Positions 31,499 through 32,000 of a DNA stretch of 32,000 bases are shown in pieces. The first letter of the stretch is position 1; each line of letters starts with the position of its first letter. The stretch spans positions 180,001-212,000 of the forward strand of contig NC_015067.1 of NCBI RefSeq assembly GCF_000196555.1, read 5' to 3'. Position numbers and translations under genes: made by a program. This DNA is from Bifidobacterium longum subsp. longum JCM 1217 (GTDB lineage Bacteria > Actinomycetota > Actinomycetes > Actinomycetales > Bifidobacteriaceae). The notes under the pieces are model-generated. The model had not been told where the DNA came from and did not search any database. It saw only the letters and a program-made list of their open reading frames with translations.

Positions 31499-32000
31499 TT
31501 ACTGGCCTTGCCAGGGTTTCTGGGCATTGTCGCCGGCGGGAGCCGTGTGCTCAGAAGGTGTTGCGGATTCGTCGCCGGCGTTTTGAGGCATCGGCGGAAC
31601 CTGGCCGTACTGTGGGGCCGGGGCCTCCGGTTGGCCGTACTGCGGGGCCGGCACCTGACCGTAATCAGGTGCGGGTGCAGCCGGCTGGCCATAGTCGGGG
31701 GTCGGCATGGGCGGCTGGCCGTAAGCCGGGGCCGGCTGGTTGAAGCCGGGTGCGGGCGCGTTCGGAGCGGCGAAATTCGGGGGTACAGGCGTGCTGTATG
31801 GTGCGCCGTAAGCACCCTGAGGCATGGGGGTTGCCGCCGCGCCATCGTCAAAACGTGCGCCCTCCGGCTTGCTGGGAAGAGCCATGAACACGATATAGAC
31901 AACGCAGCCGGCCAGCGTAATCAACGCACCAATGACCGCCGCGCCAAGACCGCCGGCGGCCATGCTGCCATAACCATAGTCATAACTGCCAAGGCTCCTG
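31499..32000 (-). CDS. Pro/Gln/Tyr-rich repeat membrane protein (5' end may lie beyond the window)
   Basis: The stop is TAA at 31499-31501. The frame stays open to the window edge (…RSLGSYDYGYGSMAAGG…), so ATG 31963 may not be the true start. It has one TM (LGAAVIGALITLAGCVVYIVFMAL), then repeats of the YGQ-P/V-x-APAP-D/Q type (PDYGQPAAPAPDYGQVPAPQYGQPEAPAPQYGQVPP). Confidence 0.65.
   Translation of the reverse strand, partial: RSLGSYDYGYGSMAAGGLGAAVIGALITLAGCVVYIVFMALPSKPEGARFDDGAAATPMPQGAYGAPYSTPVPPNFAAPNAPAPGFNQPAPAYGQPPMPTPDYGQPAAPAPDYGQVPAPQYGQPEAPAPQYGQVPPMPQNAGDESATPSEHTAPAGDNAQKPWQGQ

Noticed and set aside
1-32000. tRNA, rRNA, tmRNA, RNase P, SRP RNA and CRISPR arrays anywhere in the window.
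   Set aside because: Reading the intergenic regions by eye showed no cloverleaf-compatible sequences (no GGTTCGAATCC-type T-arms), no rRNA-like blocks and no regularly spaced repeat-spacer arrays. tRNAscan or Infernal would be needed to be definitive.

Overview
This is a high-GC actinobacterial chromosome segment. The gene content and order look like Bifidobacterium, probably the B. longum group; that is recalled from family signatures, and no search was run. The order is dnaX'-recR, a sortase, a split aspartokinase with a convergent asd, long-form leuA, a class A PBP, a PAP2 phosphatase, topA-tmk-holB, a PEBP-like gene, a C69 dipeptidase, a short fhs, a tautomerase-like gene, GtrA, an MFS transporter, a histidine phosphatase and a hexose-6-P mutarotase. 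I support about 26 protein-coding genes, mostly housekeeping genes on the + strand. I saw no tRNA, rRNA or CRISPR array. The many long ORFs antisense to recognisable genes are high-GC shadow ORFs. I do not see a convincing multi-gene novel system, because the window is mostly core genome. Five things are not explained by ordinary annotation. (1) Two homologous ~200-bp nested inverted-repeat elements, each built from four copies of a ~26-nt unit CTACTTGCGTTTCAAGGGGCTGATTT, sit directly after the topA and fhs stop codons (19432-19642 and 25551-25745). (2) A second short repeat family, a G5/C5-clamped double hairpin, occurs three times, and two copies bracket the PEBP-like gene. (3) An AT-richer islet (about 2114-4380) contains a 0.9-kb ORF-poor stretch, four exact-period 23-bp tandem repeats, and a lone AAA+ ATPase fused to a PD-(D/E)xK-like domain. 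(4) Aspartokinase is encoded as two separate genes, catalytic and ACT-regulatory, with stops in all three frames between them. (5) TopA ends in an apparent helix-turn-helix tail. There is also an ISL3 transposase remnant with an intact terminal inverted repeat upstream of leuA. All coordinates were counted by hand and may be off by 1-2 nt.
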